Shown here in pieces: positions 36,975-47,636 of a DNA stretch of 64,000 bases. The notes under the pieces were generated by a model, which searched no databases, was not told the origin of the DNA, and was given only the letters and a program-made list of their open reading frames with translations. The stretch is from Spirochaetia bacterium. Its GTDB lineage: Bacteria; Spirochaetota; Spirochaetia; UBA9216. The stretch spans positions 236,829 to 300,828 of the forward strand of contig OZ223264.1 of the NCBI GenBank assembly GCA_965140585.1. Reading direction: 5' to 3'. Numbering within the stretch: position 1 is the stretch's first letter; each line of letters starts with the position of its first letter. A program made the translations under genes and the position numbers.

Positions 36975-37511
36975 TCAGGATTTAAGCGGTACCTCAGCGA
37001 TAGGAATATAATTCAGTTTACCATCAACCTTTCGGCTTTCCATGAGATAAAGGGAAGTTATATTTTCGGAGGGCAGATCAAATCTTGTTTTCTTTAAAAT
37101 TTTAAGAGTGCTGTAGCTGATCCGGCATCTTCGTATAAGTGTGATGTGCGGCTTCATTGGTTTAAAATCACCGACTGAACAGTTTTTCCGGATAAAATCG
37201 GATATGGATGTAAGCGAGTCTCGTCCGCTTTTAACTTTTACATAGATGAGATCCTCTTTTCCCTGCCTGAAAGAGCCGAATGAACTCAGGCGGATTGAAA
37301 AAGAAGGAAATATAAGGGCTGCTTTTTCAAGAACAGCTTTGAACTCCGGAATCTGCCCGGGTTCCGCCTCTCCTATGAAATGAAGGGTCAGATGCAGGTT
37401 TTCTATATCTGTGTATTTGCCCTGTGCTCGGTGCTCCCGAAGGCTGTTCTGGAGATCTGCGAGCTGGATGCCTATCACCGGACCCGGGTTAACCGCAAAG
37501 AAGAGTCTCAA
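36975..37511 (-). CDS. thpR: RNA 2',3'-cyclic phosphodiesterase / 2'-5' RNA ligase (2H family)
   Basis: Two H-x-T/S-x motifs (HLTLHF and HITLIR). Confidence 0.75.
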   Translation of the reverse strand: MRLFFAVNPGPVIGIQLADLQNSLREHRAQGKYTDIENLHLTLHFIGEAEPGQIPEFKAVLEKAALIFPSFSIRLSSFGSFRQGKEDLIYVKVKSGRDSLTSISDFIRKNCSVGDFKPMKPHITLIRRCRISYSTLKILKKTRFDLPSENITSLYLMESRKVDGKLNYIPIAEVPLKS

Positions 37512-37957
37512 ACCTCAGCCTCCGATAGTGACTGAATAAGTTTTAAGAGGGTTTGTTTCATTGATGCTATCTCTTCAAGCTGTATGTCTTCACTTCCAAT
37601 ATCGCCAACCAGTTTGGATGGAATATCAGCTGCTTTCTCGCGCAGAATTCTACCCTTTTCAGTGAGGCTTACAATGACTTTTCGTTCATCTTCCGCTGAG
37701 CGCTTTCTTATCAAGAGTTCATTCTGCTCCATGCGTTTCAGCAGCGGGGTGATCGTATTAGTATTCAGAATTAGTTTTTCCGCAATATAGTTTACCGGAA
37801 GTCCGTCTGTTTCCCAGAGCACCATCATCACCAGATACTGTGGATAGGTAATTCCAAGAGCATCCAGATGCGGCTGGTATGCTCTTGTTATTAGTCTTGA
37901 AGCTGCATAAACCGGGAAGCAGATCTGGTTTTCAAGTTTTAGTTGTTCGAATGCCAT
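37508..37957 (-). CDS. MarR-family regulator, OhrR-like
   Basis: Winged HTH. N-terminal conserved Cys in QICFPVYAASR, as in OhrR. Confidence 0.8.
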   Translation of the reverse strand: MAFEQLKLENQICFPVYAASRLITRAYQPHLDALGITYPQYLVMMVLWETDGLPVNYIAEKLILNTNTITPLLKRMEQNELLIRKRSAEDERKVIVSLTEKGRILREKAADIPSKLVGDIGSEDIQLEEIASMKQTLLKLIQSLSEAEV

Positions 37958-37996
37958 TAGACCAAAAATACTTTATTTTGAGCCGGCCTGCAATAC

Positions 37997-38488
37997 TCAG
38001 GCTGACTCGGCCAGAAGCGACTCTACTTTTCCCGCAAGTTTAAGAGGATCTGTAGTCGGAGAAAATCTTTTAACGGGATTGCCGTTACGGTCTATCAGAA
38101 ATTTGGTAAAATTCCATTTAACGCTGTCTCCGATAGCTCCCGGAAGCTGTTTTCGCAGATACTTGAAAACCGGATGGGCTTCCGCGCCATTCACATTTAC
38201 CTTACTGAAAAGCGGAAAGTTAACGCCGAAATTCAGACTGCAGAACTGTTTGATGTCGTTATCATCTCCGGGTTCCTGATGTGCAAACTGATCACAGGGA
38301 AAGCCGAGGATTTCCAGTCCGGAATCCTTGTACTTGTCGTAGAGTTCCTGCAGTGATTTGTACTGCGGTGTAAATCCGCATTTGCTTGCAGTGTTTACTA
38401 CAAGGACTACCTTGCCCCTGTATTCTTCAAGTACTTTTTCTTTTCCGTCTATGCTCTTTGCTTTAAGGCTGTAAAAATCGTTATTCAT
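37997..38488 (-). CDS. Glutathione peroxidase
   Basis: VVLVVNTASKCGFTPQY, LEILGFPCDQFAHQEPG, WNFTKFL. Confidence 0.9.
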   Translation of the reverse strand: MNNDFYSLKAKSIDGKEKVLEEYRGKVVLVVNTASKCGFTPQYKSLQELYDKYKDSGLEILGFPCDQFAHQEPGDDNDIKQFCSLNFGVNFPLFSKVNVNGAEAHPVFKYLRKQLPGAIGDSVKWNFTKFLIDRNGNPVKRFSPTTDPLKLAGKVESLLAESA

Positions 38489-38625
38489 AGTTTACTCCAG
38501 AAATATTGTATCTACTATGAATATATCGTGTGCGATATAAAAAGTCAAGTATGAACAGAAAAATTATCAATATTTCCAATCTTGACATCATAAAACAATG
38601 AAAGCATAGTTAACCGGGGGTATTA

Positions 38626-39255
38626 ATGAACAGAGAAAGGCTTGTTCTTGCACAGAATATTTTTTATTCAAGGTATCCTGAAGGATTTGATGATCAGAAA
38701 ATGCAGGTCATTATGAAAAAGCATAACATTGAGAAAATGCAGGCCCGGGCTGCCGCTCTGCTGTCGGCTGAAGCCTTTGGTGATCGAAATAATGTTTTTG
38801 AATCTGTTAAAAAGATAATAATGCAGTCTTCTCTTGTTTCAGTCTTCGAAAAAATGCGGCTTAGAGATCTTCTTAAAGATATAAATGTGCACGAGGCCGC
38901 AGAACTCATTGACGGTATGTTTGAATATCTGCATGGAAAGCAGGATTCCGGGTTCAGGATTTTAAGCGGATTTCTGGAACGTTTCGGGCTGGCAAAATGG
39001 CCTATTGTGACGGTCTGCGGTCTTTACCATAATCCTGAGCGGGATGTTCTGATAAAACCGACAACTGTTAAGAGGGTTATCTCCTATTATAAGCTGGAGG
39101 AGCTGAAGTATGTCACTAAACCGGATTGGAATTTTTACGACAGTTACCGAAGCCGGTTCATCCAGATGAAATCTTTGGTTTCTGCCGGGCTGCAAGTTGA
39201 TAATGCCGTATTCAGCGGTTTTTTAATGATTGGCATGGAAACTCCGGATGAATAA
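38626..39255 (+). CDS. Hypothetical protein
   Basis: ORF only. Confidence 0.45.
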   Translation: MNRERLVLAQNIFYSRYPEGFDDQKMQVIMKKHNIEKMQARAAALLSAEAFGDRNNVFESVKKIIMQSSLVSVFEKMRLRDLLKDINVHEAAELIDGMFEYLHGKQDSGFRILSGFLERFGLAKWPIVTVCGLYHNPERDVLIKPTTVKRVISYYKLEELKYVTKPDWNFYDSYRSRFIQMKSLVSAGLQVDNAVFSGFLMIGMETPDE

Positions 39256-39295
39256 GAATAAACTTATAGAAAGGAAAGGTTATAGGAGGATTGTA

Positions 39296-39682
39296 ATGAA
39301 CATGAAAAAGCTGTCTCTGCTGCTGGCCCTGTCAGCTGTATTATTTTCATCCTGTACTACTTTCAGGTTCTCGGGCGCACAGGTTTCAAAAAATCTGCCC
39401 AGGTTTGATGTTCTTGGTGAATTTGAGGTTGAGGTCAAAGTTCTAGAACTTCTTGGCGCACCGGGAGGTGCGAATTTCGGAAACCTGTCGGCAACCAAAA
39501 TGGATGATGCCATATATGATGCTGTTCTGGAGGAAATTGCATCCAGGAATGGAGATGCCGCTATTGATCTGTCCATAGAATATAAGGCTCAGCCGGCAGA
39601 CATTCTGCTGGCGACAATAACGGGGAATATCATTTCTCCTGCTACTGCTTTTGTGTCGGGAACTGTTATATCTTTCAAATAA
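39296..39682 (+). CDS. Lipoprotein
   Basis: MNMKKLSLLLALSAVLFSSC (lipobox FSSC). RBS TAGGAGGA at 39283-39290. Track start 39230 is probably too far upstream. Confidence 0.5.
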   Translation: MNMKKLSLLLALSAVLFSSCTTFRFSGAQVSKNLPRFDVLGEFEVEVKVLELLGAPGGANFGNLSATKMDDAIYDAVLEEIASRNGDAAIDLSIEYKAQPADILLATITGNIISPATAFVSGTVISFK

Positions 39683-39884
39683 AAAGTTGATTATCAAAGG
39701 CTTATGTCCGATACTCTAACAATCAGGGAATTTCACTTTTTGCACTGAAAAAATGGATTTTCGAAACTTAATACGTTATGATATTTATTATCAAAATGGT
39801 TCTTTTCTAATTAAATTTAAGTTTATTTGTTGACACTTTTTGCAATATGATTAACTTTGTAGATATTATTTTATGTGGACATTT

Positions 39885-40361
39885 ATGAATAAAAGAGTAT
39901 TTTTGTTTCTTCTGCTTATGATAACAACTGTCAGCGTATACTCCTACGATTATAAGGAACGGGATCTCCTCGGCCTGGGGTGGACTTATACCTTTGCTCA
40001 CAGTGAAGATCCAGGTATGTTCGGGCTCAGCCTTCTTTATGCTCCCATGGACTTTTTTACAGGCTTTTCAGCTCTTGTTCAGAGCGACTTCAAAACAACC
40101 GCAGAATTCGGACTTGGACTTGAAAGATATCTTATTCTTATTCCAAGTTCCGTTATAAATCAGAGGCTCTTTCACCTTTCGGTGGGAGCTCTCGGTACAT
40201 ATACTATTAATCAGGGCTTTGGGTATGACGTGTATTTGACCAGCGGAGTATCGTTCCCGCCTCTTCACGGGTTGGCGGTGACTCTGCTTTACAATCACAT
40301 AGAATCCTTTGCATTACGTTTGGAATATTCGGGGGGCGTGTTCCTCGAAAAAAATAGATAG
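39885..40361 (+). CDS. Secreted hypothetical protein (beta-rich)
   Basis: Signal peptide MNKRVFLFLLLMITTVSVYS. Confidence 0.4.
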   Translation: MNKRVFLFLLLMITTVSVYSYDYKERDLLGLGWTYTFAHSEDPGMFGLSLLYAPMDFFTGFSALVQSDFKTTAEFGLGLERYLILIPSSVINQRLFHLSVGALGTYTINQGFGYDVYLTSGVSFPPLHGLAVTLLYNHIESFALRLEYSGGVFLEKNR

Positions 40362-40371
40362 GAGGATCTTA

Positions 40372-40728
40372 ATGAAAAAGATCGCATTAGTAGTACTTGC
40401 AGTTCTGGCAATCGTTATGATTTCAGGCTGTGCAACAACTTTCACAACAACAAACGGAAAACTCGCTTACGGTGACGTAAAGGGTACAGAAGTAGGAGAA
40501 GTTTCAGCTGAAGCTAGAATGGTTTACATTATCCACCCTTCACTTCTTTCACTCAAGGCTCCTAACGAAGAGCTCGACACAATCGTTGAACCTGCAATGG
40601 CCGAAGTTGGCGCAACTGCAGTAAAAGATGTAACAATCACAATGGAAAATGACATCATGGCTTTCCTTGCAAGCTACATCGGTTTCGGTTACCCGCTTGT
40701 AAAAGTTGATGGTATTGGCGTTAAATAA
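40372..40728 (+). CDS. Small lipoprotein
   Basis: MKKIALVVLAVLAIVMISGC lipobox. RBS TAGGAGGA upstream. Confidence 0.5.
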   Translation: MKKIALVVLAVLAIVMISGCATTFTTTNGKLAYGDVKGTEVGEVSAEARMVYIIHPSLLSLKAPNEELDTIVEPAMAEVGATAVKDVTITMENDIMAFLASYIGFGYPLVKVDGIGVK

Positions 40729-40826
40729 GAATTAATTTCTTTTTAACTGAAGGGGTGCCGGCTGTATGGACGGTGCCCTTTTTTTTTCCTATAGTTTATA
40801 TAAACCTTTATAGAATGGAGAAAACT

Positions 40827-41111
40827 ATGAAAATTTTATTAAAAGCTGTTGTTTTACTTTTGCTCGTCGGTGCACTTTTTTCCTGTGCAAGTCTTAATAT
40901 GCCTGTAGGTGCAACTTCAAACGAAATCGGACCCCTTGTCGGTCAGTCTTCAGGAACAATCTGGTTTGGAATGTTCGGAAATGTTGATGCAGGTGTAAGA
41001 GCCGCTGCACAGGACGGTAGAATTGTTAATATATCCACCGTTGATTTCGAAGCAAAATCTGTTCTTTTTGGTCTTGGAACCAAATTTACCTGTACTGTTA
41101 CCGGAAAATAA
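40827..41111 (+). CDS. Small lipoprotein (related to 40372..40728)
   Basis: MKILLKAVVLLLLVGALFSC lipobox. Confidence 0.5.
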   Translation: MKILLKAVVLLLLVGALFSCASLNMPVGATSNEIGPLVGQSSGTIWFGMFGNVDAGVRAAAQDGRIVNISTVDFEAKSVLFGLGTKFTCTVTGK

Positions 41112-41119
41112 ACAACAAA

Positions 41120-41665
41120 ATGCTCCGAAATAGACTTCTTGTCCTTGCTGTACTACCGTTAATTCTAATTTCTTGTGTTTCTGCGCCTAAGGACGATGTT
41201 GAAGTCTTTTTTCTGGGAAAAAATTCAGTACAGTACTTTTTTCCTGAAAGAGAATGGGGCTGTACTGAAGATTATTTAAAAATAGATGCTGACTGGCTTT
41301 ACCGGAATTTTGCGCTGGATGACGAACCCGGAAAACCAAGGACAATACTGAACTTTTCTCTATTTTACACATCAGGTTTATTCAGAACTGTTCCACGGCA
41401 GATAGCATTAACGGCCGGTTCAGAAAAAATAATTATTCCTTCGGAACAAATCGAAATAATATACCGCGACAGGGGTAAAACCCGTTATACTGCCTGGCTT
41501 ACTTCTCCGGAGGCTGAAAGCTTTATTAAGGGAGCTTCTGTAAATCAACCGAAACTGTCTCTTGAATATGATAAGGCCTACGATTTTTATCCGGACGAAA
41601 CCTTTAATCAGCATATCGATTATTTTCTCGAGGTTATTCTGGGACTTCCTGCATCTGAAGACTGA
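41120..41665 (+). CDS. Lipoprotein, hypothetical
   Basis: LILISCVSAP lipobox-like. Confidence 0.45.
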   Translation: MLRNRLLVLAVLPLILISCVSAPKDDVEVFFLGKNSVQYFFPEREWGCTEDYLKIDADWLYRNFALDDEPGKPRTILNFSLFYTSGLFRTVPRQIALTAGSEKIIIPSEQIEIIYRDRGKTRYTAWLTSPEAESFIKGASVNQPKLSLEYDKAYDFYPDETFNQHIDYFLEVILGLPASED

Positions 41666-41666
41666 G

Positions 41667-42551
41667 CTATGCCGGTGATGAAAAAAGAATATTCAGAAAA
41701 ACAGCGCTGAGGCTGCTGAGATGCTCCTTATTCCATGCAACCAGAAATCGTGCCTGTTTAATCTCCGGCACCCTGATGAATTTAAAATTCGGATTATTCC
41801 AGATAGTGCTACCGTCATCAAGTGCAGATATTCCCATGCCTGCTTCAACCCAGAGTGCGGCCATTCTTAATGTGGGCGCCAGTCTGACTTTCGGTAAAAA
41901 ACCCGCCTTTTTGCAGGAACTGTTAAGCAGATCAAGAATGTCATAACTCTCATCTTTTGAAATAGTTATGAAGGTTTCTTCTGCAAAATCTGCAAGGCTG
42001 AGCTTCTTTTCTTCCGCCTTTTTGTGATTTCCCGGAATTGCAAGATAGATTTGAATATTCTTCAATGTCTTGAAGCCTATCCGATTATGCCGGCTGATAT
42101 CAAAATCCAGGGTGAATCCGATATCAAGCTGCCGGTTTTCCAGTTTTGTGAGCAGTTCTTTAAGGCCATAATACTCAAGACGTACATCAATATTAGGATA
42201 TCTTCTGCTTATTTCAGATACTGCAGCTGCAGTTTCAGGACTTACAGTACGCTCCTCGAGATAACCGATCTTTAAAGTACCGGAAATACTCCGTTCCATC
42301 ATTTTTGCTCTGTCGACAAGTTCTGTGTGGCTGCGTAATATCGATCTTAATCCCTCAAGATATAGTTTTCCCGGATCAGAGAGGTATATACGTTTTTTTA
42401 TCCGCAAAAAAAGCTGAAAGCCAAGTTCTTCTTCCATGGCGGCTATCTGCCTGCTCAATGCCGATTGCGAAAGATTAAGGGCTTCGGCTGCTTCGGTGAA
42501 ATTGAGCCGATCTGCCGCTTCAAGAAAGCAGTCTATCTGGGAATCTTTCAT
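41667..42551 (-). CDS. LysR-family transcriptional regulator
   Basis: HTH LNFTEAAEALNLSQSALSRQIAAMEEELGFQLF. Confidence 0.85.
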   Translation of the reverse strand: MKDSQIDCFLEAADRLNFTEAAEALNLSQSALSRQIAAMEEELGFQLFLRIKKRIYLSDPGKLYLEGLRSILRSHTELVDRAKMMERSISGTLKIGYLEERTVSPETAAAVSEISRRYPNIDVRLEYYGLKELLTKLENRQLDIGFTLDFDISRHNRIGFKTLKNIQIYLAIPGNHKKAEEKKLSLADFAEETFITISKDESYDILDLLNSSCKKAGFLPKVRLAPTLRMAALWVEAGMGISALDDGSTIWNNPNFKFIRVPEIKQARFLVAWNKEHLSSLSAVFLNILFSSPA

Positions 42552-42701
42552 GTGCTTATTGTCCTTTTGTTTTCAGATTAAGTCAAGATTAGTTATGCAA
42601 AAAATGCATGACCTTATCTGAAATCAATATTTCACAAGATTATCATGTGATGTTAAAATTCGCTGATTAAATTATATCTAAATTAAAAGAGGATCTGAAA
42701 T

Positions 42702-43460
42702 ATGCGATTGAAAGATAAAGTAGCTATAATAACCGGCGGTAATTCCGGAATCGGTAAAGTGACAGCGGAAATTTTCGCCAGGGAGGGTGCACTCCTTGTT
42801 CTTGCCGCAAGAAGAGAAAAAGAGCTTCAGGAGGTTGTTGATTCAATAAATGCTGCTGGAGGAAAGGCTGTGGGGGTGACAGGTGATGTAAGTCTGTATA
42901 CCGATTGTTCAAAGATAGTGAAGGCTGCAGTTGATAATTACGGAAAGATTGACATTCTGGTAAATAACGCAGGTGTCGCGGATAAACACCGACCTATAAC
43001 AAGAACTGATGCTGACTGGTGGGACCGTATTATAAAAATTAATCAGGATTCGGTTTTTTACATGTGCAAGGAAGTTCTTGAGTACATGGAACCTGCCGGA
43101 AGCGGCTCTATTATCAATATATCTTCTGTAGGTGCCGTGCGCAGCAACAGCGGAGTCTCATATACCGCTTCAAAAACTGCAGTCCTGGGAATGACAAAGA
43201 ATATTGCAATTCAATTTGCCGGAAAAGGAATCAGGTGCAATGCCGTATGTCCCGGACCCACTCCGACTCCGCTTAATACGCCTGAGCAGATTGCCACATT
43301 TGACGGTGAATTTGCCGACCAGTGCAACCGTCATATGGATCTGTCTACTCCTTTTGTAACAGCAGAAGACCAGGCCATGGCTATCCTTTTCTTTGCTTCG
43401 GACGAGTCAAAAGGAATTAATGGTCAGGTCCTTACAGTTGATAACGGAATGAGTGTATAA
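42702..43460 (+). CDS. SDR-family oxidoreductase
   Basis: TGGNSGIGK Rossmann motif, catalytic YTASK (YxxxK), NNAG. Confidence 0.85.
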   Translation: MRLKDKVAIITGGNSGIGKVTAEIFAREGALLVLAARREKELQEVVDSINAAGGKAVGVTGDVSLYTDCSKIVKAAVDNYGKIDILVNNAGVADKHRPITRTDADWWDRIIKINQDSVFYMCKEVLEYMEPAGSGSIINISSVGAVRSNSGVSYTASKTAVLGMTKNIAIQFAGKGIRCNAVCPGPTPTPLNTPEQIATFDGEFADQCNRHMDLSTPFVTAEDQAMAILFFASDESKGINGQVLTVDNGMSV

Positions 43461-43468
43461 TACCATTC

Positions 43469-44038
43469 ATGGATACCGTATTTTCGAAATATCAGTCAAT
43501 TGTAGAAAATACGGCAACGATCTGCGATAAACTTTTTGAAAAATACAAAGAAGAAATAACCTGTTTTGCCGGCTGCGGATACTGCTGCAGCCGGCTGCAT
43601 CTGCGGCCGGTTGAATTATGGGCGATAAAACGCAGGATGAAGCTTGATGGTTTTACCATACCGGATATGAATGATTCAAAGGAATGTCCCTTCATGTCTG
43701 ATGATTACAGCTGCGGGATCTACATGTACCGGCCTCTTATCTGCCGGATTCACGGTATCCCGATTAAATACATGGTGATCGAATATGATATTGATGGAAA
43801 CCGTGTAATCCATGATCCTCCCGAAATTGAAATTTATTACTGTGAACGAAACTTTGCTGAACGAACCGAGAACGATGATTCATTTTTTTCGGTGGAAGGG
43901 AACTGTTTTGACATGGAGGCCCTGCAGGACGAGCTTGGCCAGCTGAATGAAGAATTTGTAAAAACCGCGGAAGGTTCCGAGTTCAGAAATCTCAATGACT
44001 GGGATCGTATTCTTCTTTCCGACTTTTTCAGGCCCTGA
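43469..44038 (+). CDS. YkgJ-family Cys-cluster (Fe-S/zinc-chelating) protein
   Basis: CAGCGYCCS ... CPFMSDDYSCGIYMYRPLICRIHG. Confidence 0.7.
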   Translation: MDTVFSKYQSIVENTATICDKLFEKYKEEITCFAGCGYCCSRLHLRPVELWAIKRRMKLDGFTIPDMNDSKECPFMSDDYSCGIYMYRPLICRIHGIPIKYMVIEYDIDGNRVIHDPPEIEIYYCERNFAERTENDDSFFSVEGNCFDMEALQDELGQLNEEFVKTAEGSEFRNLNDWDRILLSDFFRP

Positions 44039-44140
44039 AAATACAAAAAACAGCAATATTACACTATCGATCCTGAAACTGCATGACTATAATTTAAATA
44101 GATAAAAAAAGGCTTTGAAAAAAAGGTAGATATAGATATA

Positions 44141-44947
44141 TTGCTATATATGAAATATTACAATAAATTGACAATTCGGGACAGTGCGAGTAGCTCTATC
44201 TGGACAATATCAGGATACCTTCTTGTCCCGGTTGTCTGGATGGTTATATCCTTTTATAACAGAGAGTTTGCCGGAAAGCCTTTTCCCTATCCATGGGAGG
44301 CCGTCTTTGCAATATTCCATACCGATAAATCGGGAATCAATCTTTTTATTCATACCGGTGCCAGTCTTTTAAGGTGGGGCGCCGGTTTTGCACTTGCCGC
44401 ACTCTCGGGTATCTTTTTGGGAATTCTTACTGCATATAACAGAAGATTTGATATTCTTCTTTCGCCGCTTGTTACCGTGATTCAGCTGATTCCCGGGCTT
44501 GCCTGGATTCCTATAGCACTCATCCTTTTCGGCCTTGGGAACTTTTCAACTATTTTCATGATTGCCGTAACCTCCCTTACCCCGGTGCTGATAAATACTA
44601 GAGGCGGGATAACACAGATTGATCCTGTGATAATTAAAGCTATACGGATGATGGAACTGAAGAAAACGGATGTATTTCGTAAAATTATCATACCGGGAGC
44701 TGCGCCTTCGGTGCTCAGCGGATTAAGAGTGGGCGCTGCAAATGGATTCAGGGTTCTTATTTCGGCTGAGATGATAGTAGGCAGCGGTCTCGGGCTGGGG
44801 TTCAGTCTCTATCAATCGCGCTGGAGTCTTGATTATAATCTGTCTTTTGGGGCCCTTATTCTAATGGCAGCCATCGGTCTGATTCTTGAGAGGGCTGTAT
44901 TTAGCCCGATTGAAAGGCGTGTAAAACGATCACGGGGGCTTGAATAA
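44141..44947 (+). CDS. ABC transporter permease (NitT/TauT, SsuC-like)
   Basis: EAA-type loop IRMMELKKTDVFRKIIIPGAAPSVLSGLRVGAANGF. Start uncertain (TTG 44141 or ATG 44150). Confidence 0.8.
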   Translation: MLYMKYYNKLTIRDSASSSIWTISGYLLVPVVWMVISFYNREFAGKPFPYPWEAVFAIFHTDKSGINLFIHTGASLLRWGAGFALAALSGIFLGILTAYNRRFDILLSPLVTVIQLIPGLAWIPIALILFGLGNFSTIFMIAVTSLTPVLINTRGGITQIDPVIIKAIRMMELKKTDVFRKIIIPGAAPSVLSGLRVGAANGFRVLISAEMIVGSGLGLGFSLYQSRWSLDYNLSFGALILMAAIGLILERAVFSPIERRVKRSRGLE

Positions 44948-45741
44948 TGCTTCAATTCAGAAATATCAGTCACCGGTACAGCGGTAAAAATAATGTGGTT
45001 GAAGCACTGGATTGCGTAAATCTAAAAATTAATCAGGGGGAATTTGTTTGTATTCTGGGTCCCTCAGGTTGTGGAAAGACATCACTTTTAAATATGGCGG
45101 CAGGCTTTATAAAACCTTCAGAGGGAATGGTTATGTTCAAAGGAGATGAGGTTAAGGCGCCCGGACGTGACAGGGCGGTTATGTTTCAGGAATCAGCGCT
45201 TGTTCCATGGCTCACAGTCGGGCAGAATATCGAGATAGCCCTTGATGCTGAAAATGCTGTTGAGTCCGGTGAATCAAAAACAAGGCTGGTTAATGCAGCA
45301 CTCGAGACTGTCGGATTGAGAGGTTTCAACCGTGCGATGCCGCATGAACTTTCAGGCGGGATGAAGCAGAAAGCTGCAATTGCAAGAACCCTAGTCATAG
45401 GATCCGAGTTCCTACTGATGGATGAACCTTTTTCAAGTCTTGATGAACAGACAAGGCTCAGGTTGAATCGGGAACTTGTTGACATCTGGAGAAGCCGGGG
45501 TAAAACCGTATTATTTATCACACATTCTATTCAGGAGGCAGTTGTCATGTCGACAAGGATTGTTTTATTAAGTGCACGACCCGGTAGAATAACCGGAGAA
45601 TGGGTTCCTGGAGATGACGGACTCAGCGGAAAGGACCGACAGAAAGCAAGGCTTGATTCGGAAAACTTTAATCGAATGGCATCCGATATCAGAGGATCGA
45701 TGGATCTGTGCTGTCCTCCGGAAGGAGAGTGCCGATGCTGA
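44947..45741 (+). CDS. ABC transporter ATP-binding protein (SsuB/TauB-like)
   Basis: GPSGCGKTSLLN, LSGGMKQKAAIARTL, LLMDEPFSSLD. Confidence 0.9.
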   Translation: MLQFRNISHRYSGKNNVVEALDCVNLKINQGEFVCILGPSGCGKTSLLNMAAGFIKPSEGMVMFKGDEVKAPGRDRAVMFQESALVPWLTVGQNIEIALDAENAVESGESKTRLVNAALETVGLRGFNRAMPHELSGGMKQKAAIARTLVIGSEFLLMDEPFSSLDEQTRLRLNRELVDIWRSRGKTVLFITHSIQEAVVMSTRIVLLSARPGRITGEWVPGDDGLSGKDRQKARLDSENFNRMASDIRGSMDLCCPPEGECRC

Positions 45742-46673
45742 ACCGGAATAAAAAAATTCTATATTCGGCAATTCTGCTGGTTTTTGCCGCTATTCCGGTC
45801 CTGGCATCAGGACAGAGTGATCTCCCTGTTTTTGCCTTCCAGGATCGTGTGGGTGATGCTTCGGCTATTCTGGCAGCTTCAGAGCTTGAGGCTGCCGGGG
45901 TTTTTAAAACTATTAGGTTTTCATCAGGAAACCTTTGTGCTGAAGCCCTCATTACCGCAAATGCGGATGCCGCCACCATGGGTGATGCGGTTGCGGTTAA
46001 TCTTGCTTCAAGATATCCGAATATGGTTGTTATTCTTGGTGTGCACGGCGAAGGCTCGTCAAGGCACCGGCTTGTAAGCCATAATACCAATCCGGAAAAG
46101 ATTGGCGTGAAATTCGGGACGAGTACCCATGCAGCTCTTCTTGCCTGGCTTGAAATAAAAGGGCTATCCGGCTCATCGCCTGATTACCCTGTCCTGATTG
46201 ATATGTCTCCGTCTATTCAGATTTCTGCGCTTGAGTCGGGTGAAATTGAAGCCCTTGCAGCAAGTGAACCTACGCCCAGCATTGCCGAAGATAAACTCTC
46301 GGAACCCGGAGGTCTTTCAGGATATTCCGCAGAGCCTCTGCAGTTGGAAGGGCGCCGCTTTCCGCTTGTTCTGGTTACTACAAGAAAATCCCTGCAAAGA
46401 TATCCGGAACAGTTGGCAGAGCTTGAATCTGCGCTATTTTCAAATGGAAATCTTCTTAGCAGGAATTTGAATGGGATTTCTTCTGCTCAGGTGGATATAC
46501 TTCTATCGGTTACCGGGCTCAGCCGATCTCTTCTTGAAAAAACCCTTTCTTTCCATCAATTCGGTTTTTCCGAATTTTCCGGATACCAGCAGGAAATGTC
46601 TGCTCTGGCAGATTTCATGATGTCCGGTGGCAGTATCTCTACAGTACCTGACTGGACAAGGGTATCTGAATAA
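45708..46673 (+). CDS. ABC substrate-binding protein (NMT1/SsuA-like)
   Basis: Signal peptide. Position in the permease-ATPase-SBP operon. Confidence 0.7.
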   Translation: MLSSGRRVPMLNRNKKILYSAILLVFAAIPVLASGQSDLPVFAFQDRVGDASAILAASELEAAGVFKTIRFSSGNLCAEALITANADAATMGDAVAVNLASRYPNMVVILGVHGEGSSRHRLVSHNTNPEKIGVKFGTSTHAALLAWLEIKGLSGSSPDYPVLIDMSPSIQISALESGEIEALAASEPTPSIAEDKLSEPGGLSGYSAEPLQLEGRRFPLVLVTTRKSLQRYPEQLAELESALFSNGNLLSRNLNGISSAQVDILLSVTGLSRSLLEKTLSFHQFGFSEFSGYQQEMSALADFMMSGGSISTVPDWTRVSE

Positions 46674-46688
46674 TTCGATAATTGAATC

Positions 46689-47636
46689 ATGGAAAAAATT
46701 AAAATAGGAATAAGCAGCTGTCTTCTTGGAAATAAAGTCCGTTTTGACGGACAGCATAAACTGGACAGATTCATAACCGGTACGCTTGGTAAATGGTGTG
46801 AATTCATCCCGGTCTGTCCCGAGGTTGAGTGCGGAATGTCAATTCCCAGAGAGAGTTTGAGGCTGGTTGGAGATCCTGAAGATCCGCGGCTTCTAACAGG
46901 GAAGACCGGAGTTGATTTTACCCAACAAATGAAGACCTGGGCAGATGAAAGGCTGAAGAAGCTTGAATCTGAAGATCTTGTAGCCTTTATATTCAAGGCT
47001 AAAAGTCCTTCAAGCGGTCTCAGGGCTGTGAAGGTTTACGGAGAATCAGGTAATCCGGTCAGTTACCATGGGCAGGGTCTTTTTGCTGCCGCTTTTGTCG
47101 GGTATTTTCCCGATGTTCCTGTTGAAGATGAAGGGCGGCTTCATGACCCTGGCATCAGGGAGAACTTCATAGAAACTATCTTTATTCTGCAGCGGTGGCG
47201 TGAGCTTGTTGCAGGGGAAGGGCCTTCTGCCCTGGTTGATTTTCACAGCAGGCATAAATATATATTTATGGCCCACAGTCCGCAGAAACAGAAGGAAATG
47301 GGTAAGATTGTCGCCAGAGCGGGGAGCGGAAATCGTTCCGATATCCTTGATGAGTACAGGGCTGTACTTCTGAAAGCTCTTGAGATACAGAAAAACAGGA
47401 AGAAAAACTACAATGTCCTGCTGCACATGGCCGGGTATTTCCGAAAGCTCATCAGTGATGATGAACGTGCTGAGCTGCTTGAAGCTTCAGAACAGTATTA
47501 TAACGAACTTGTTCCATTAATCGTTCCGCTGACATTATTCCGTCACTATGTACGAAAATACCGGGAGCCCTATCTTGAACTGCAGTACTATCTTTATCCG
47601 CATCCGTTTGAAATGGGCCTCCTGAATCATGTCTGA
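46689..47636 (+). CDS. DUF523/DUF1722 (YbgA/TudS-like) protein
   Basis: IGISSCLLGNKVRFDGQHK matches the DUF523 N-terminal motif. Confidence 0.65.
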   Translation: MEKIKIGISSCLLGNKVRFDGQHKLDRFITGTLGKWCEFIPVCPEVECGMSIPRESLRLVGDPEDPRLLTGKTGVDFTQQMKTWADERLKKLESEDLVAFIFKAKSPSSGLRAVKVYGESGNPVSYHGQGLFAAAFVGYFPDVPVEDEGRLHDPGIRENFIETIFILQRWRELVAGEGPSALVDFHSRHKYIFMAHSPQKQKEMGKIVARAGSGNRSDILDEYRAVLLKALEIQKNRKKNYNVLLHMAGYFRKLISDDERAELLEASEQYYNELVPLIVPLTLFRHYVRKYREPYLELQYYLYPHPFEMGLLNHV

